Notes under the pieces: model-generated | Seen by the model: the letters and a program-made list of their open reading frames with translations, nothing else | Databases searched by the model: none | Told to the model about the DNA's origin: nothing | NCBI GenBank assembly: GCA_951406725.2 | Contig: OX597826.1 | Coordinates: 8,680,001 to 8,744,000, forward strand | Direction of reading: 5' to 3' | Length of the DNA: 64,000 nt | Origin: Octopus vulgaris | Taxonomy: Eukaryota | Part shown: in pieces, positions 43,325 through 58,500 of the stretch | Numbering within the stretch: position 1 is the stretch's first letter | How the letters are laid out: each line of letters opens with the position of its first letter | Position numbers and translations under genes: made by a program

Positions 43325-43990
43325 CTTTTCTACTCAAATCACAAGGCCCGAAACTTTGGCGGAGGGGGCCAGTCGATTAGATCGATCCCAGTACGCAACT
43401 GGTACTTAATTTATCGACTCCGAAAGGATGAAAGACAAAGTCGAGTTCGGCAGCAGTATTTGAACTCACAACGTAAAGACAGACGAAATACCTATTTCTT
43501 TACTACCCAGAAGGGGCTAAACACAGACGGGACAAACAAGGACGGACAAACAGATTAAGTCGATTATATCGACCCCAGTGCGTAACTGGTACTTATTTAA
43601 TTGACCCCGAAAGGATGAAAGGCAAAGTCGACCTAGCGAAATTTGAACACAGAACGTAGCGGCAGACGAAATAGCGCTAAGCATTTCTCCCGGCGTGCTA
43701 ACGTTTCTGCCAGCTCGCCGCCCTCGTGCAGGGTATATATGATATGATATGATATAATATGATACGATACGATACGATATAATATAATATAATAAAAAGG
43801 CGTCGAGCATGCAGAATCTTTTGTACGGTAGTATTTCGTTCGTATTTACATTCTGAGTTCAAATTCCATTGAGGTCCACTTTGATTTTCATCTCTTGGGT
43901 CGATAAAATAAGTACCAGTTGAACAATTTAGTTGATTACATAGACTTACCTCGCTTCCAAAATTGCTGGCATTGTGCCAAAATTTGAAAT
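43325..43990. mobile_element. Cluster of three SINE family B copies (two on -, one on +)
   Basis: 43492-43720 (-) is a long-tail copy abutting a 5'-truncated copy at 43325-43491 (-). 43798-43990 is a + strand copy. Confidence 0.8.
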
Positions 43991-44477
43991 CGATATAACA
44001 AAATATAATAATACCATACCTAAGTGCATAAATAAAGTACGAAAGTGTTCATCCATATTTGTTGATTGGCTAAATTACTATTTGACGTAAAGTGTTGCAC
44101 TTGAATTATCATTTACAAAAACACAGTCACACACACACACGCGCAAAACTACCGGGTAGTCTCCGTCTTCCAAATTCCACTCACAAAGTAGTCCTCAACT
44201 TCTCCGGAGGCAATTGGCAAATGCGCGTGTATATGATGCTGTCCAGAGGGAAAGAAGCTTCACCACGTAATTGCAATGCGGATTGCAAAGAGACGGTCTT
44301 TAACCAGACGGCTAACTCCTACGCCTATGCTAAATGTGTGTGTTAGCTGTTCATTTGTGACAAAAATAACTGCAAGCCTGAAGGGAGAAATCAGAGCCTT
44401 AAATGTGTGATGTTTATATAAATAATGCAAAATTATAGTCGATTCCTACAAGGATGTAATCCTATACACATACACGC

Positions 44478-44516
<39 letters not shown>

Positions 44517-44838
44517 CACTCACACACATACACAACAGAACAAGGACAACCGCATATATATATATATATAATTATAAGAAACGCGCAGAAAAACAGTTTG
44601 TCTGCGTTTAACTGCTTCACAACCGGTGTTCGTTTCCTTACGTTCACATAACTTAACGATTCCACAAAAGCCTCCACTATAACAAGTCCCAGACTTAACA
44701 GACAAATAAGCGGCTGGAAGGATCAGTTCAACTAAATCTTTCGAAACGGTGCCGCAGCATGATCGCAGCCGAATGGCTGAAACAAGTAAATGATAAAAAC
44801 ATACATATATATATATATACATATAGACATAAATAGAC

Positions 44839-45680
<842 letters not shown>

Positions 45681-46222
45681 TACTGGGAGGAGAAGAAGAA
45701 ACGAAACGAAACGGAACGAATCGAATCGAATCGACGGGAAGGCGCTCAGTCATACAATAGTGTAATAAATAAAATATATGCATACATACATACATACATA
45801 TATGTACGTACCTACATCTACATGTATATATACATGCATATATAAATATATATACGTGAGTACAGGACACCACAAATAGACGTAGAACTCAACGAGAACG
45901 AAAACGTAAAAACAAGCATGGAACGAACCTTTTTTTACAAAGAAAAAACAGAGTACTAGACAAACTACATAAGGAAAAATCCCCTTCATCAACTTCAGCG
46001 TGTTTCGACGGTGAGGACAGAACACGACTCGTCGAACTAGCCCTTCCTGCGAAGAAATTAAAGGAAATTACTTCGCAGAGGGGTAAAAACAAGGAAAGAA
46101 CAAAATGTGACACAAACAGGACGTAAAAACGATACAAATGAAATTACAAAATAAAATACAAAATAAAAATACAATTACAAAAAAATACAATACAAGAAAT
46201 AAAAACACAATATATATATATA

Positions 46223-46276
<54 letters not shown>

Positions 46277-46824
46277 CATATGTGTATGAGTATATATATA
46301 TATATATATATATATATAATGTAACGGATGTGTGCGTGTGTGTGCATCTGTGTGTGTACATGCGTGTGGTAGTGTGTGTGGGTGCGTGCGTGCGAGTGAG
46401 AATGTGTGTGTTTGTGTGTGTTTTATATCATATAGGCTCATGGACGAACTGAAGTGTTGTTAACGATATGCGAACCCTTCGCCCTTCGGTTTGTAGCTGG
46501 CTATGATATCTGCGCTGCTAAATAAGAGATGCCTACGAATTGAACAAAAGAAAGTCACTATAGTGAAAACAATTTGAAACAATAACGACTTTTCGAATGA
46601 TTCTCTGCCAATTACTTTCATTTTACGAAACCACAATTAACACTTCCTGTGACAAATTAGAGGTTATGGCGGACATTAATCTTAATCCTAATTTCGGAAG
46701 ATTGAAGAGCAAGAACCATACATAGAAGAGACAGGCAGACAGTTAGTTAGTTAGTTAGATAGATAGATATATAGAGAGAGAGAGAGAAAGAGAGAGATAG
46801 GTAGGTAGATAGATAGATAGGTAG

Positions 46825-46905
<81 letters not shown>

Positions 46906-47060
46906 TGTTTCTTTATTAGCCACACAGGGCTGCACACAGATAGAACAAATTACAAGGTAGAGCTTTTCTTTTGAAGGTTTAAAAAAAAAAAAAAAAAAGG
47001 AAGGGGGAGTTTCGATCAAAAGGGATCGTAAAAGGAGAGAAAGAGGACAAAAAAAGGGGG
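46906..47060 (-). mobile_element. 3' end of a LINE-like element inserted in (GATA)n, copy 2
   Basis: GTTTCTTTATTAGCCACACAGGGCTGCACACAGAT...TTACAAGGTAGAGCTTTTCTTTTG...GATCAAAAGGGATCGTAAAAGG matches copy 1, and long (GATA)n lies on both sides. Confidence 0.72.
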
Positions 47061-47089
47061 GTAGATAGATAGATAGATAGATAGGTAGG

Positions 47090-47140
<51 letters not shown>

Positions 47141-47157
47141 GTAGGTAGGTAGGTAGG

Positions 47158-47273
<116 letters not shown>

Positions 47274-47519
47274 ACGAAAAATAAACGGGAAAAAATCAGC
47301 CATTAAATCAAATGCTTAAATCTCCCTTTTCTTTATCAGCCTCATCGTCTTGCTCTCATACAATGCGCCATTGTACATAGGCACATAAACACACACATGC
47401 TAACATATACATATACATGTATGTTTGCATGTGTGTGTTTATATATATACATATGCACATATGTGTGTCTATGTCTATGTGTGTATTTATATATATGTAT
47501 GTATGTATGAATGTGTATG

Positions 47520-47554
<35 letters not shown>

Positions 47555-48346
47555 TTTATATATATTATATATATATGGCGTGTATATATATATGTGTGTG
47601 CTTGTGTTTGTAAGCATATGTGTGTAAGCAGGTATGTATGTATGAATGCATATATGATTGTTTCTAATTACGTACGTATGTATGTATGTATGTATGTATG
47701 TAGGTAGGTAGGTAGGTAGGTAGGTAGATAGGAGGAGGAATGGAGGGAGGAACGGAGGGAGGGAGGAAAGGGGAGAGAAAAGGAGGGAGGGTGGGAGGTA
47801 GAGTGTTCGTTGAGATTTAACCTCTTCACAAATTTTAAGCCAGTTACAAATACAATTTTATGAATCAACGGAGTTCCTACAAATTGCGATTGAGTGTTAA
47901 TGCCCCCATATATATACACACACATACATACATATACACACATAGACATACGTACATACACACATAAACGCACATACATATATACACACATATATATATA
48001 CATACATACACACATACACACATGCATACACACACATACATACACATACATACACTCACACATATGTACACACATACACATATACATACACAGACACATA
48101 CATGAATACATACATACATATATACATACATACATACACAGACACATACATACATACATACATACACAGAGACATACATACATACATACATACATACATA
48201 CATACATACATACATACATACATACATACATACATACGTACATACATACAAACATACATACATACATACATACATACATACATACATACATACATACATA
48301 CATACATACATACATACATACATACATACATACATACATACATAGA

Positions 48347-49108
48347 TAAGGTGCGTTCAAAAAGTGTCCGATTATATTTGTTCCAATCAGAACTAATACC
48401 GTGTGAACAAGTTCCTTTGGGTGGAATGTGACGCGTCAGTTCCCAGCTGTTATGCCTAGAGTACAGACGTGTAGTATGCGCTCGGCGGATCTTGGGTTTC
48501 AACGAACGCATCGTTCAGAGATATTGCATCAAATTTTGTCAAAAGCTTGATGTTACTCAAGCTCAAATCACCCTGAAGATTCAGTAGGCCTCTGGCAATT
48601 ATGCCATGGCCAAAACTCAGATCAAAGAGTGATACTGCCGCTTCAAACATGACAGTACCACAATGGAGAATGAGACACACTCAGGCAGGCCATCGACAAG
48701 CCGAAACGTGGAGCCGATTGAGAATGTTCGGTGAATAGTCATGGAAGATCGTCGCATAACAATCCAGGAAATTGCTCACGGAGTGGGAATAAGAACAGGA
48801 TCAATGCATTCCATTTTAACGGAGGATTTGTGACTCAGACTTCATGAAGACCATCATTGCTGGTGGTGAGACGTGGGTTTACAGTCTCTGCATTCCGTTA
48901 TCTTGCTTGAAAACGAAAATCCAACGAGTGAGCACTACATGCTTGTACTCTAGGCGTAACAACTGAGAACTGACGCGGTCTACCGTCGCATAAATGTTCG
49001 CGCATGCGCATGAAGAGTGGCATCACCTGCCATCTAAAAGATTTTGTTCACGTGGCATTAATTTTGGTGGGACAATATAAAGTTGGATACTTTTTTGAAC
49101 GCAACTTG
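48347..49108 (+). mobile_element. Internally deleted mariner element with TIRs
   Basis: TIRs AAGGTGCGTTCAAAAAGTGTCCGA / TTGGATACTTTTTTGAACGCAACTT. Internal translation QRYCIKFC..RFK..HSGRPSTS..DRRITIQEIA..MHSILTEDL and FMKTIIAGGETWVY, with stops. Confidence 0.85.
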
Positions 49109-49256
49109 CATATATAATATCATTATCTTTTATATGTATGTTTTGTGTCAAATGTACACGCGACTGTACGTGTATTGTCATTTGAGGAAACTTAGGTAAA
49201 AGATCTTTAGATGTTCAACAGCTTTTCATAGATGGTTAGATGAATGGTTAACTGCC

Positions 49257-49480
49257 TGGATGGATGGATGGATGGATGGATGGATGGATGGATGGATGAA
49301 TGGATGGATGAATGGATGGATGGATGGATGGATGGATGGATGGATGGATGGTTGGATGGATGGATGGATGGATGGATGGATGGATGGATGGATGGATGGA
49401 TGGTTGGATAGATGGTTGGATGGATGGATGGTTGGATGGTTGGATGGATTGATGGATGGATCGATCGATCGATCGATCAT
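49257..49480. repeat. (TGGA)n tetranucleotide microsatellite
   Basis: Read directly from the sequence. Confidence 0.95.
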
Positions 49481-51628
49481 CAACCACCGGTTGAGGGAAC
49501 TCTGAAAATGGAAATCAAAGTAAATTCAATTGGGTTTAAAATTCAAGTAGTAATAGACACCAAAAGATTAGATGCGAACCTCCTTAACCCTACGTCTAAT
49601 CTATAGAAGCGGGGATTAGGAAGGGCTTCACGATTTACATACTTCCGTTCAAAATACCTCTCGACGATTTCTTTCACATGAAACAAGGTTTCGAAGTCTG
49701 AGCAAAAGTACATATTCTCAGATACGTGGTTGGTAAAACCAAACGGTTAATGCGGGTGATAAGAAAACCACTAATCTCTCTTTGATGGATTAAATTAGTT
49801 GTGTGTAATTCCATTCCAAGACTTTCATGTGACATTTCTTCAAATGTTTGGGAGTAGCGATATCAGCTAGAAATGGTAGTAAACTTTGTTGCCTTCCTCA
49901 ACGATCTGTCATGGACTCAGTGGGGGACGCGGAGTGCGGCCCAAAAAGTAGCTGAAATACGTTTGCTGATAAATGGCCATGCATTGGCAGTTTGATACAA
50001 AATCTACATGAATGGCACTGAAGTATCCGAGATGTGTATAGAGTGATGTGACCTTTCTACACAGGCAGGATGAGTGTCCCAGTATTTCAAGTTTATGAAC
50101 AACTGTTTTTGCATGTCAGACAGATCTGGATACCAACCAAATCAATCGTGAGGAGCAGCTGGATACCTTCACTTGTCTAGAATAGACAGGCAATTATTCT
50201 GATGGGAACCGAAGCGAAAGATGATGCGCGACAGACAAGTTTGAAATGACTGGCAATAAACACTGTCCTCTTCGATGAAACCCCTTTCGACTGCTTTCTT
50301 ATTCCATTCGGAGAAAGAGATTAGGTTGTGAAGGCGAGTACAGTCTTCCAGTGAATTTACAGAAAAGTGGATGCGAAAAGTGACTGTAGAATGCATGATT
50401 AAACCTACTCTCAACACTCGTCTCTAAACTGGAATTGACATCTGGTGGGAGGGGACTTACTCTTGATAGTACTGATAATCTTGGATCTATAGGGTTTCTT
50501 GTTTAACCCATGCCACTCATATGATGTCATATATACCTGTATTATTGATTTTCAAATCAGTTTTTTTCTACACCCGATTCAAGCACCAACAATAACTTGT
50601 ATTGCCTCGTCGGCCTTGTCGCATAACTAAACAAAAGAATTTTTCTTTTACTTATACACTTTGCTGAGTCCGCATTGTTCCATAAATGTATAACGTTCCT
50701 TTCAGTAAGGCACCAAACTGTGAGAGTAGTTACCGCGCTGGACAAAATACAACATTTCTTCCGGCTCTTTACGCTCTGAGTTCAAATGTCACAGAGGTCG
50801 ACTTTGCGTTTCATCTCTTCGGGGTCCATAAAATAAGTATTAGTTGAGTATTAGAAGTCGATGAAATCCACTTCTTCCACCCACCAAAACTGCTGGCTTT
50901 CAGCCCAAATTAGAAAAGATTATAACCATCAGCGTCAACGTTTTTCCCGCTTTAACAGAATATAATTAATCAGATAATTAATAAATAGCAACCAAATGAT
51001 TATTCATTCACTTAACTTCTCGACATAAATTATATACGTAATTACATTATAAAGGGTGCTTAAGCGTCCATAATGTAATTTATTTTATACGATATTTCTG
51101 TTCACTTTCAACGTATTTATCGCATTTTAAAAGGTTTTATTTCATATTTACACAAATTCTCGTTACGTCGAAAATTCCTAACAGCGTATATCCCTTCAGT
51201 TCATTCTATTTAATTGGGTCTTCAGATTAATTTGATGCTGCTTTCCTTTCTAATTGCCATATTTTCATCTTTTATCTGTTACTTGTTTCAGTCATTAGAC
51301 TGCGGTCATGCTGGGGCACCTTGAAGAATTTATAGTCGAATGTATTTACCCCAGTACTTTTGGTTTTAAGCCTGGTCCTTATTCTATCGATTTCTTTTGC
51401 CGAGCTGCTAAGGTACGAGGACATAAACACACCAGCACTGTTTGTGAAGCGGTAGAGGCGTAGAAAAACACAGACACACATACATAGATATATACATATT
51501 GGGGTTATGACTTTTTGATTTCTTTGAAAGTAAACTATTTCCTGTATTAAAAATCGATGAACAGTTTTATATAAATGGGAAAACAACCTTATTTTAAGTT
51601 TTGTTTTTAAAAATGTCACCCCAGCTGA

Positions 51629-53056
51629 AGAAATCTAGCACCACTTTTGACCCAAATCATGCAAAATTCTAGTAAGTCCTGGGGTCGATTTGTTCGACTA
51701 AAGGCGGTGCTCCAGCATGGCTGCAGTCAAATGACTGAAACAACTAAAAGAGTAAAAAGAGTAGACCAAGAATACCAAGTGCTAGTTTTAAAGAATGAAC
51801 AGGGAGAAATTAAGTTAGAAGCACTCCATTTATCCAACGGAAAAGCCGATACTGTTGTGAAAGGAATAACAGCTGTTTTAGATGAATACAATGTATGGAA
51901 CTGTGTAAAGATGATTGTCGCTGATACGAGTGTGAACACTGGGTAAGGAAATGGCATTATCAATCAGTTGCAAAGACTGTTTGCTCAAAATGGTTTCAAA
52001 GAACCACCATTTATTGGTTGTCAACATCATATCCTTGATAGAGTTGTTCGCATTGTAATTGATAACGAACTTGGAGAAAAAACGTCATCTCCCAATATTG
52101 AATATACATTCATCCGAGAGCTTCTAAGTAATTATGAGAAACTCCAAGCTAATTTCAACAACGGTGAAGAAAAGATTACTGAATCAGCAGGATGGCAAGA
52201 TGACATGAAATTTCTATTTCATTTGACCAGAGTTTTTCGTTTCTTTGAAGAAACCAGCAAATTTCCTACTTAAGTAATGCAAGATGGAATTCTCGAGCAA
52301 TACTAGCTTTTTTTGGCATTTATTCTTCTACCAGAGAAAAAAGTTTTGTTTCTCAATGTTTGTCGATTCATCTCTTACAGCTGGGTATAATTTTGGTTTA
52401 CTGACCAAACGTTCAATGCATATGGTTATCAGAAGTTATGTGGTAGCCTACAAGTTCATAAAAAAAGCATTGAACTCTATCAAATTAGAGTGGAGAACGG
52501 GCAATGAAGTGCCTTCACGAATTTTATGATGTTTGTAAAAAGGAGAAACTTCAGCTTCGATTTATTTTATCTAACAAAATATATTAATTCTTTATGTTTA
52601 AAAATTTGCTAATATTCAGCACCCTTTTTCTTACACAGTTATTTAAAATTAGAATTAAACCCATAAAGTCAAAAATATGTATTGTTTTTAATTTTGTGTT
52701 ATCGAATGCTTGTAGTGGCCCCTGTCTTAAAATAGCCTAGTTTTGAACCTTTGCATAGAGCATTTTCAATTTAGTAATCTTAAAAATGTATAAATACACT
52801 TTCATTCCACCTCTCTCTTGTGTTTACAAGGATTTAAGCAGCGGAAATACTGGAGTGTTAATCCAGTGCCAACTTGTGATTATAGTTTAAAAAGCCCATA
52901 ACTCCAAAACTACTTCAACTAAAAAGCTGAAATTTCAGATATACTATTTCTGCATTGCATTGAGTCAACACACCAAGTTTGGTAAAAACTTCAGCAGGCA
53001 TTATGAAGCCCATTAGAATTTTGCATGTTTTGGGTCAAAAGTAGTGATCGATTTCT
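51629..53056 (+). mobile_element. Decayed DNA transposon with 43-bp inverted repeats and a hAT-like (hATm-type) transposase remnant at ~51763-52560
   Basis: The inverted repeats at 51629-51671 and 53014-53056 differ at 4 of 43 positions. Protein motifs are MIVADTSVNTG, IGCQHHILD, WQDDMKFL and NARWNSRAILA. A SINE A 3' fragment sits at 51672-51760. Confidence 0.75.
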
Positions 53057-53195
53057 ACATTCTGCAGTACAAGAGTTTTTAACTCCTCAATATTCTTGTC
53101 CAAGTTGCCAATTATCCAAAATGTGTTGTAACGGATTAGTTCCAAGTCTCTTGCCTATAAAATACAGGAAGAAATAATCATTCCATATCACCATG

Positions 53196-53251
<56 letters not shown>

Positions 53252-53414
53252 TGTGTGCGTAGTACGACTGGTTTCTTTCAGTTTCCGTCTACCAAATACA
53301 CTCACAAGGCGACAGTAGAAGACACTTATCCAGAGAGCTGCGTAGTGGAACTGAACCCGGAAGCATGAGGTTGAAAAGCAAGCTTCTTACCACACAGCGA
53401 CGTCTGCGCCTTAT

Positions 53415-53456
<42 letters not shown>

Positions 53457-54196
53457 GTACATATATAGTGGTTTTATCTCTAATTTAATTTATATATATA
53501 TGTGTGTGTGTGTGTGTTTGTGTGTGTGTATGCGAGTGTGTGTGTGTGTGCAATAAGATACGTACATGCATGTATGTGCATACATGCATATACATATATA
53601 TTTTTTTCTATACGTTCAGGTATGTATGTTTGTATGTATATATGTATGCATTTGTGTAACCATGTATCTATGTACATATCTATTTGTATATTACAGAGAA
53701 TATCGATATATCGAATTTGTTTGCTTGTTTGCGTGTTTGTTTTGAGTTTTTTTTCTTTTCTGTTTCTTGATTTTTGTTTTCAAAATAATCATAGATTATT
53801 TAACGATTTATTTCCTTAAAAAATATCCATTTTTTTGTTAGATTCTTCCGTATGTGTGACTCTTTTCCATTCGTTGCATGATAAAACTAATTTCTTCGCA
53901 GACTTTGGACTAATTCTAGTCAACATCAATTTTGAAACATTTCATATTTATTACATTAAATTAGCCGTGAGTCTGATCTTCATTAACTTTGCCGTCTGTG
54001 ATTAATGTTCCAAATTCTTGATTTCTCACTTTACGTATATCTTCCAGCTGCTATGGTCGCCTTCTCCGCACACACTACATAAAGCATCTCCAACATTGCC
54101 TGGCACCTGGCACTAGAATGCCGTTAAGCACTCACAACCCTCTACCAGTCGGGTAATGGGGTCGGTGGATGTTCCGCTTTAGAAATTTATGGAATG

Positions 54197-54445
54197 GAAG
54201 CACTCCGTCGGTTACGACGATGAGGGTTCCGGTTGATCCGAATCAACGGAACCGCCTGCTCGTGAAATTAACGTATAAGTGGTTGAGCACTCCACAGACA
54301 CGTGTACCCTTAACGTAGTTCTCGGGGATATTCAGCGTGACACAGAGAGTGACAAGGCCGGCCCTTTGAAATACAGGTACAACAGAAACAGGAAGTAAGA
54401 GTGAGAGAAAGTTATGGTGAAAGAGTACAGCAGGGATCACCACCA
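54197..54445 (-). mobile_element. Repeat family C copy (strand is relative)
   Basis: Reverse complement of the interrupted copy at 26245-26680. Confidence 0.7.
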
Positions 54446-54448
54446 TTA

Positions 54449-55347
54449 GAAATTTATAGAGGATTAGTGAAGGGGAAGTGCGACGACGTTCTCGGGGAGA
54501 CTCTGGGCTCCTACGAGAACGAACTGGCTAGTCTGTTCCGGAGAACTTTCCAGTCGGGAACCATCATAGATAATTTCCAAATGTCCTTGGATTTGGCAGT
54601 GCCACCGATTCGAGATAAACTCTGCAGGCACGGGTGTGTTGTCAGATGGACTTATCCGAGGTCCGCGCAGAGTGACGGAACCGTTCTGCACGCCCTCGTT
54701 CAGTGTCCGGGCATTGCTGACTTTGGGGGTTACGTCGAACAGCTGCTGTCACGTGTGGGACGGATCCGTCTGTCGACCGAGTCTGTGGTGATGGTCGCAC
54801 TGCCGCCGTCTTTCAATCGGGCAAGCAAGGCAGTTTTCCTTTGTCTAGTGGCTGTGGCGAAAGAGGTTGTTTGGTGGACAAGACTGAAAGGCATGAGGAG
54901 AGATACATTCCTCTTTGGTAGAGATCTCATCGACTTCTTCCAGTTTTACTTGAAAAAGAAATTGAGAGTGGAGAGGGAAGTGCCGTCCTCGAGTGAATTT
55001 CATGAAATGTGGGTGAAAGTTATCAAAATAGCATGAATGGATGGTACCTCTCTAAGTGTAGACCTGTAAGTCGGAGAGAAGGAATTAGAGAGGGCGTTGC
55101 TCCTAGGGTTTCAGGTACATCTCGGACAGTGGGGTTCCTCGATTATCCCTCAGGAGGGTCACATCTCTATCACCCTTCCCGCCTTTTTTTTAAACATTTG
55201 TATGCTATGCATATGTCCCTTCTTTTTCAGTGTACACTTACCCTTTTTCTTTTGATCATTTCATTATTATATGTAAACGCCCTGCACTTTATGTCTTTTT
55301 CTGTATTGTCCCCTCATCTTTCGCCCTTGTGGGAAATAAATGAAATC
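54449..55347 (+). pseudogene. Tx1/L1-like LINE 3' fragment: end of ORF2 with a zinc-binding-like region, plus 3' UTR
   Basis: PIRDKLCRHG..YPRS..GTVLHALVQCP..FLCLVAVAKEVVWWTR..EFHEMWVK resembles the L1/Tx1 C-terminal zf-RVT region. The 3' UTR ends AATAAATGAAATC followed by (ATT)n. Confidence 0.75.
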
Positions 55348-55373
55348 ATTATTATTATTATTATTATTATTAT

Positions 55374-55443
<70 letters not shown>

Positions 55444-55477
55444 GGTGGTGGTGGTGGTGGTGGTGGTGGTGGTGGTG

Positions 55478-55567
<90 letters not shown>

Positions 55568-55585
55568 TTATTATTATTATTATTA
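55348..55585. repeat. Symmetric compound array (ATT)(AGT)(GGT)(AGT)(ATT)
   Basis: Read directly from the sequence. Confidence 0.9.
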
Positions 55586-58500
55586 TGTTATTATGTTATT
55601 GTCTCTTTTACCTCCTAAGTTCAAATTCCACTGTGGTCGACTTTGCCTTTCATCCTTTCGGGGTCAATAAAATAAGTACCAGCTGAACACCGGGGTCGAT
55701 GTAATCGACTTACCCCTTTCCCCGTTGTTACTCACCTCTGTGTATAAGCACATTTAGACGACGAAATGTTCCCAGTGAAAATCCTCAGAAAAATTATTCC
55801 ATTTTATGAGTGCTTCTTCGGTGAAAGCTAAAAAGCGATCGGATATTTTGCCAAACTGAAGTCTTTATTCTACAGCACCTACGCGAATATTGATAAGTTC
55901 CAGAATTGTTGCTGTTCCAATCGTACAGTTAAATACTATGTATACTTTGGGGACAAGGAATCTAAGATCTAGTTTAATCTTGTTAGCACATTTTTCTCTT
56001 TTATTCTATAGTCCTAAAGGGTTGTAAACATCCTTCTTCAATCGAGAAACCATTTTAGTTTGTTATACATTGACCTTGCAGAAATTCCCTTAATACATGT
56101 TTTTCCGTGACATGACTATCACATTGTGTATCCTTTCTTACTTGACCTTAAGCAAGAAAACTTCTTTCACTTTAAGGATAATATATTCAGTTTCAACAAT
56201 TCCAACTTTGTTAACTCGCCATTTCTTGATTTAGCTTTCTCAATCATCTTCTACCTCTCTTTTCTCTTCTCTTTTCTTTTTCTCGTTATTTTTGCGTCTA
56301 CACCCTTCTTTTTTCTGTGTTTCGAACGTTTTCTCTCTTTCTCCCAGCCTGTCTTTCTCTCTATTTCTCTCTCAGTAGTTTTATCTCTCTCTCTCTCTCT
56401 TTATTTCTTTCTTTCTTTCTGTTCGTTCTCTCAGACACACAAACGCACGCATTTTACTTTCTTCTTTTCGTGCTTCTCTCTCAGTCTCATTACCAATGTT
56501 TAGAGTATTCACTAAACCATTGAATATGTCGATTTGGGCAAAACGCCATTAATCATCATTTCATTTGGCAAATAATATCTTTCTTTCTTTCTTTCTTTCT
56601 TTTTTATATTGTTGAAACAAAATTATGACATCGTTTCCCGCCTCAAGGATAAAATGTTAGATGCGTAAGTTCGCTGCATAACTCTGATCTCATTGGATCC
56701 GAATGTCGTAAATTCTATCATATGACTGCTGTTGGCAACACATCACTGCCAACAATCTTATCTTGCTTGGCTCTATTTTTCTAATGGGTAATCTACATTT
56801 TACTCTAAGGAAGCTGTGGCCTTCCGTTTCTATCTCGCCACCGCACATCCATCAACAATGACCAGCTCCCAGCGGGATAGGGAGTCTATGAAAACACATT
56901 ATACTCTATAGCTTGGTAAACTGCAGTGACATTTAAATACCGTTACAAGGAACATAGAATTGAATCAGCTTAAAATCAAACATAATTTTAAGATGTCCTT
57001 CTCGGAAAACAAACAAACAAACTGTACAAGTGAGTTAAACTACAATGGTGATATTCGTTCACCCCACAGGCAAGTCGCAGTGCATAATGAGAAAAACTTA
57101 ACGTTTATTGGCACCGAAGAAAAGTAGCGATAACAAGAAATTTCACAGAAACGTAAAACAGACGCAATGGCTCGGTGGATGGTCATTTCTTTCTCAATTT
57201 GTCAGTCATGGGTTCGTTTCGCATTGCAAGAATTTCTTAATTCTCTTAGACCGAAGCACTTAATACTATTTGCCTTCAACTACTGAAAACAAAAATTCTG
57301 AAGAAAAAACATAAAATTCGAAAAACATAGACATTTCTTGTTGCATTCATTTGATTTACTTCTGTGCAAAAAAAAAAGACATAAAATATCAAATCATTGT
57401 TAAAAACAATTCCATCTCATAATAAACTTAAAAAATCATCGTATTTTTTTCTATTTTCAGTACAATAGTCAAAAATAATCTAAAACTTAGCTTAAGTGTA
57501 CATTATCGTCAACTTAAACTGCTTCTAATTGTTCGAATTTTGTTGGCTTTATGTTCAGTATAAACGTATAGAGTAGCAAGAAATAATATCACTATAAATA
57601 GTAGGTTCCTAATGGTTAATGGGCAACACCAAGGTGAAAACAGATTGATTTTTAAAAATAAAAACAACCCAAGAAGGTTATGTTACTGGGGCTGCACTTT
57701 GCACTTCATTTATACAGGGCCGTTAATATAAATAGCAGTTTAAATCTTCCATACACAGCTACCATTTTTGGACGATTTCCATGCTTCTTATTTAACGCCA
57801 TAATTTCTTGGAGTTGGAATATCTTTATTGCCTGACTGGCGTTTCAATCAAGACTGTCTTGTGTTCTATTCTGGCATATAATATTCAGAAATTAGTTATA
57901 TAATGCATCTATTTGTTTTCAAGAATGTACGGTAAAATTTTAGGAAAATTTTAGGTTATTTCTAAAAGATCGACTGGGGTTACACGAACTTAAGAAAGTT
58001 TACTATAAAGTTCTAGGGTCTCTGAGCTGAGTCCGTAACCTTTTAAGAATACACCTTTCAAAAAACCATGGTCCGAGGGAAAATGAACGTACATAAAAGA
58101 AATCTATTTCATTGAAAATGTTGGGGACCGTTAGCGTAGAAGCTTCTTCGTCGACTCAATGAATAGCAGCTATATACTGTGGAAGATTCAATTAACTAAA
58201 TACCATTCTTGCAGCATAATTATTAAGTATTTGGTTTAATTACTGTGTTTAATTTCACTTTGTGTGAGTTGTTTACCTTCGCCATATTGTTTACAAATTT
58301 TAGCACAAGGCCAGCAATGTCGAGGAAGAGATAAGTCGATTACATCGAGTCTAGGTCATTTATTGCCCCTCCCTCCCCATGGACAATAACCCCCCAAATA
58401 CAACAGAGGGTGATTTAAAACTTCTTAATATATTGGAAACGGGGTAATTGCCCTGGGGGTAGTTGTCGTCGGGGAAATTGTCCTATGCGGGGGGGGGGGA

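Noticed and set aside
49560-50430. Possible highly decayed LINE coding remnants
   Set aside because: Only vague motif resemblance with many stops, so it cannot be classified by eye.
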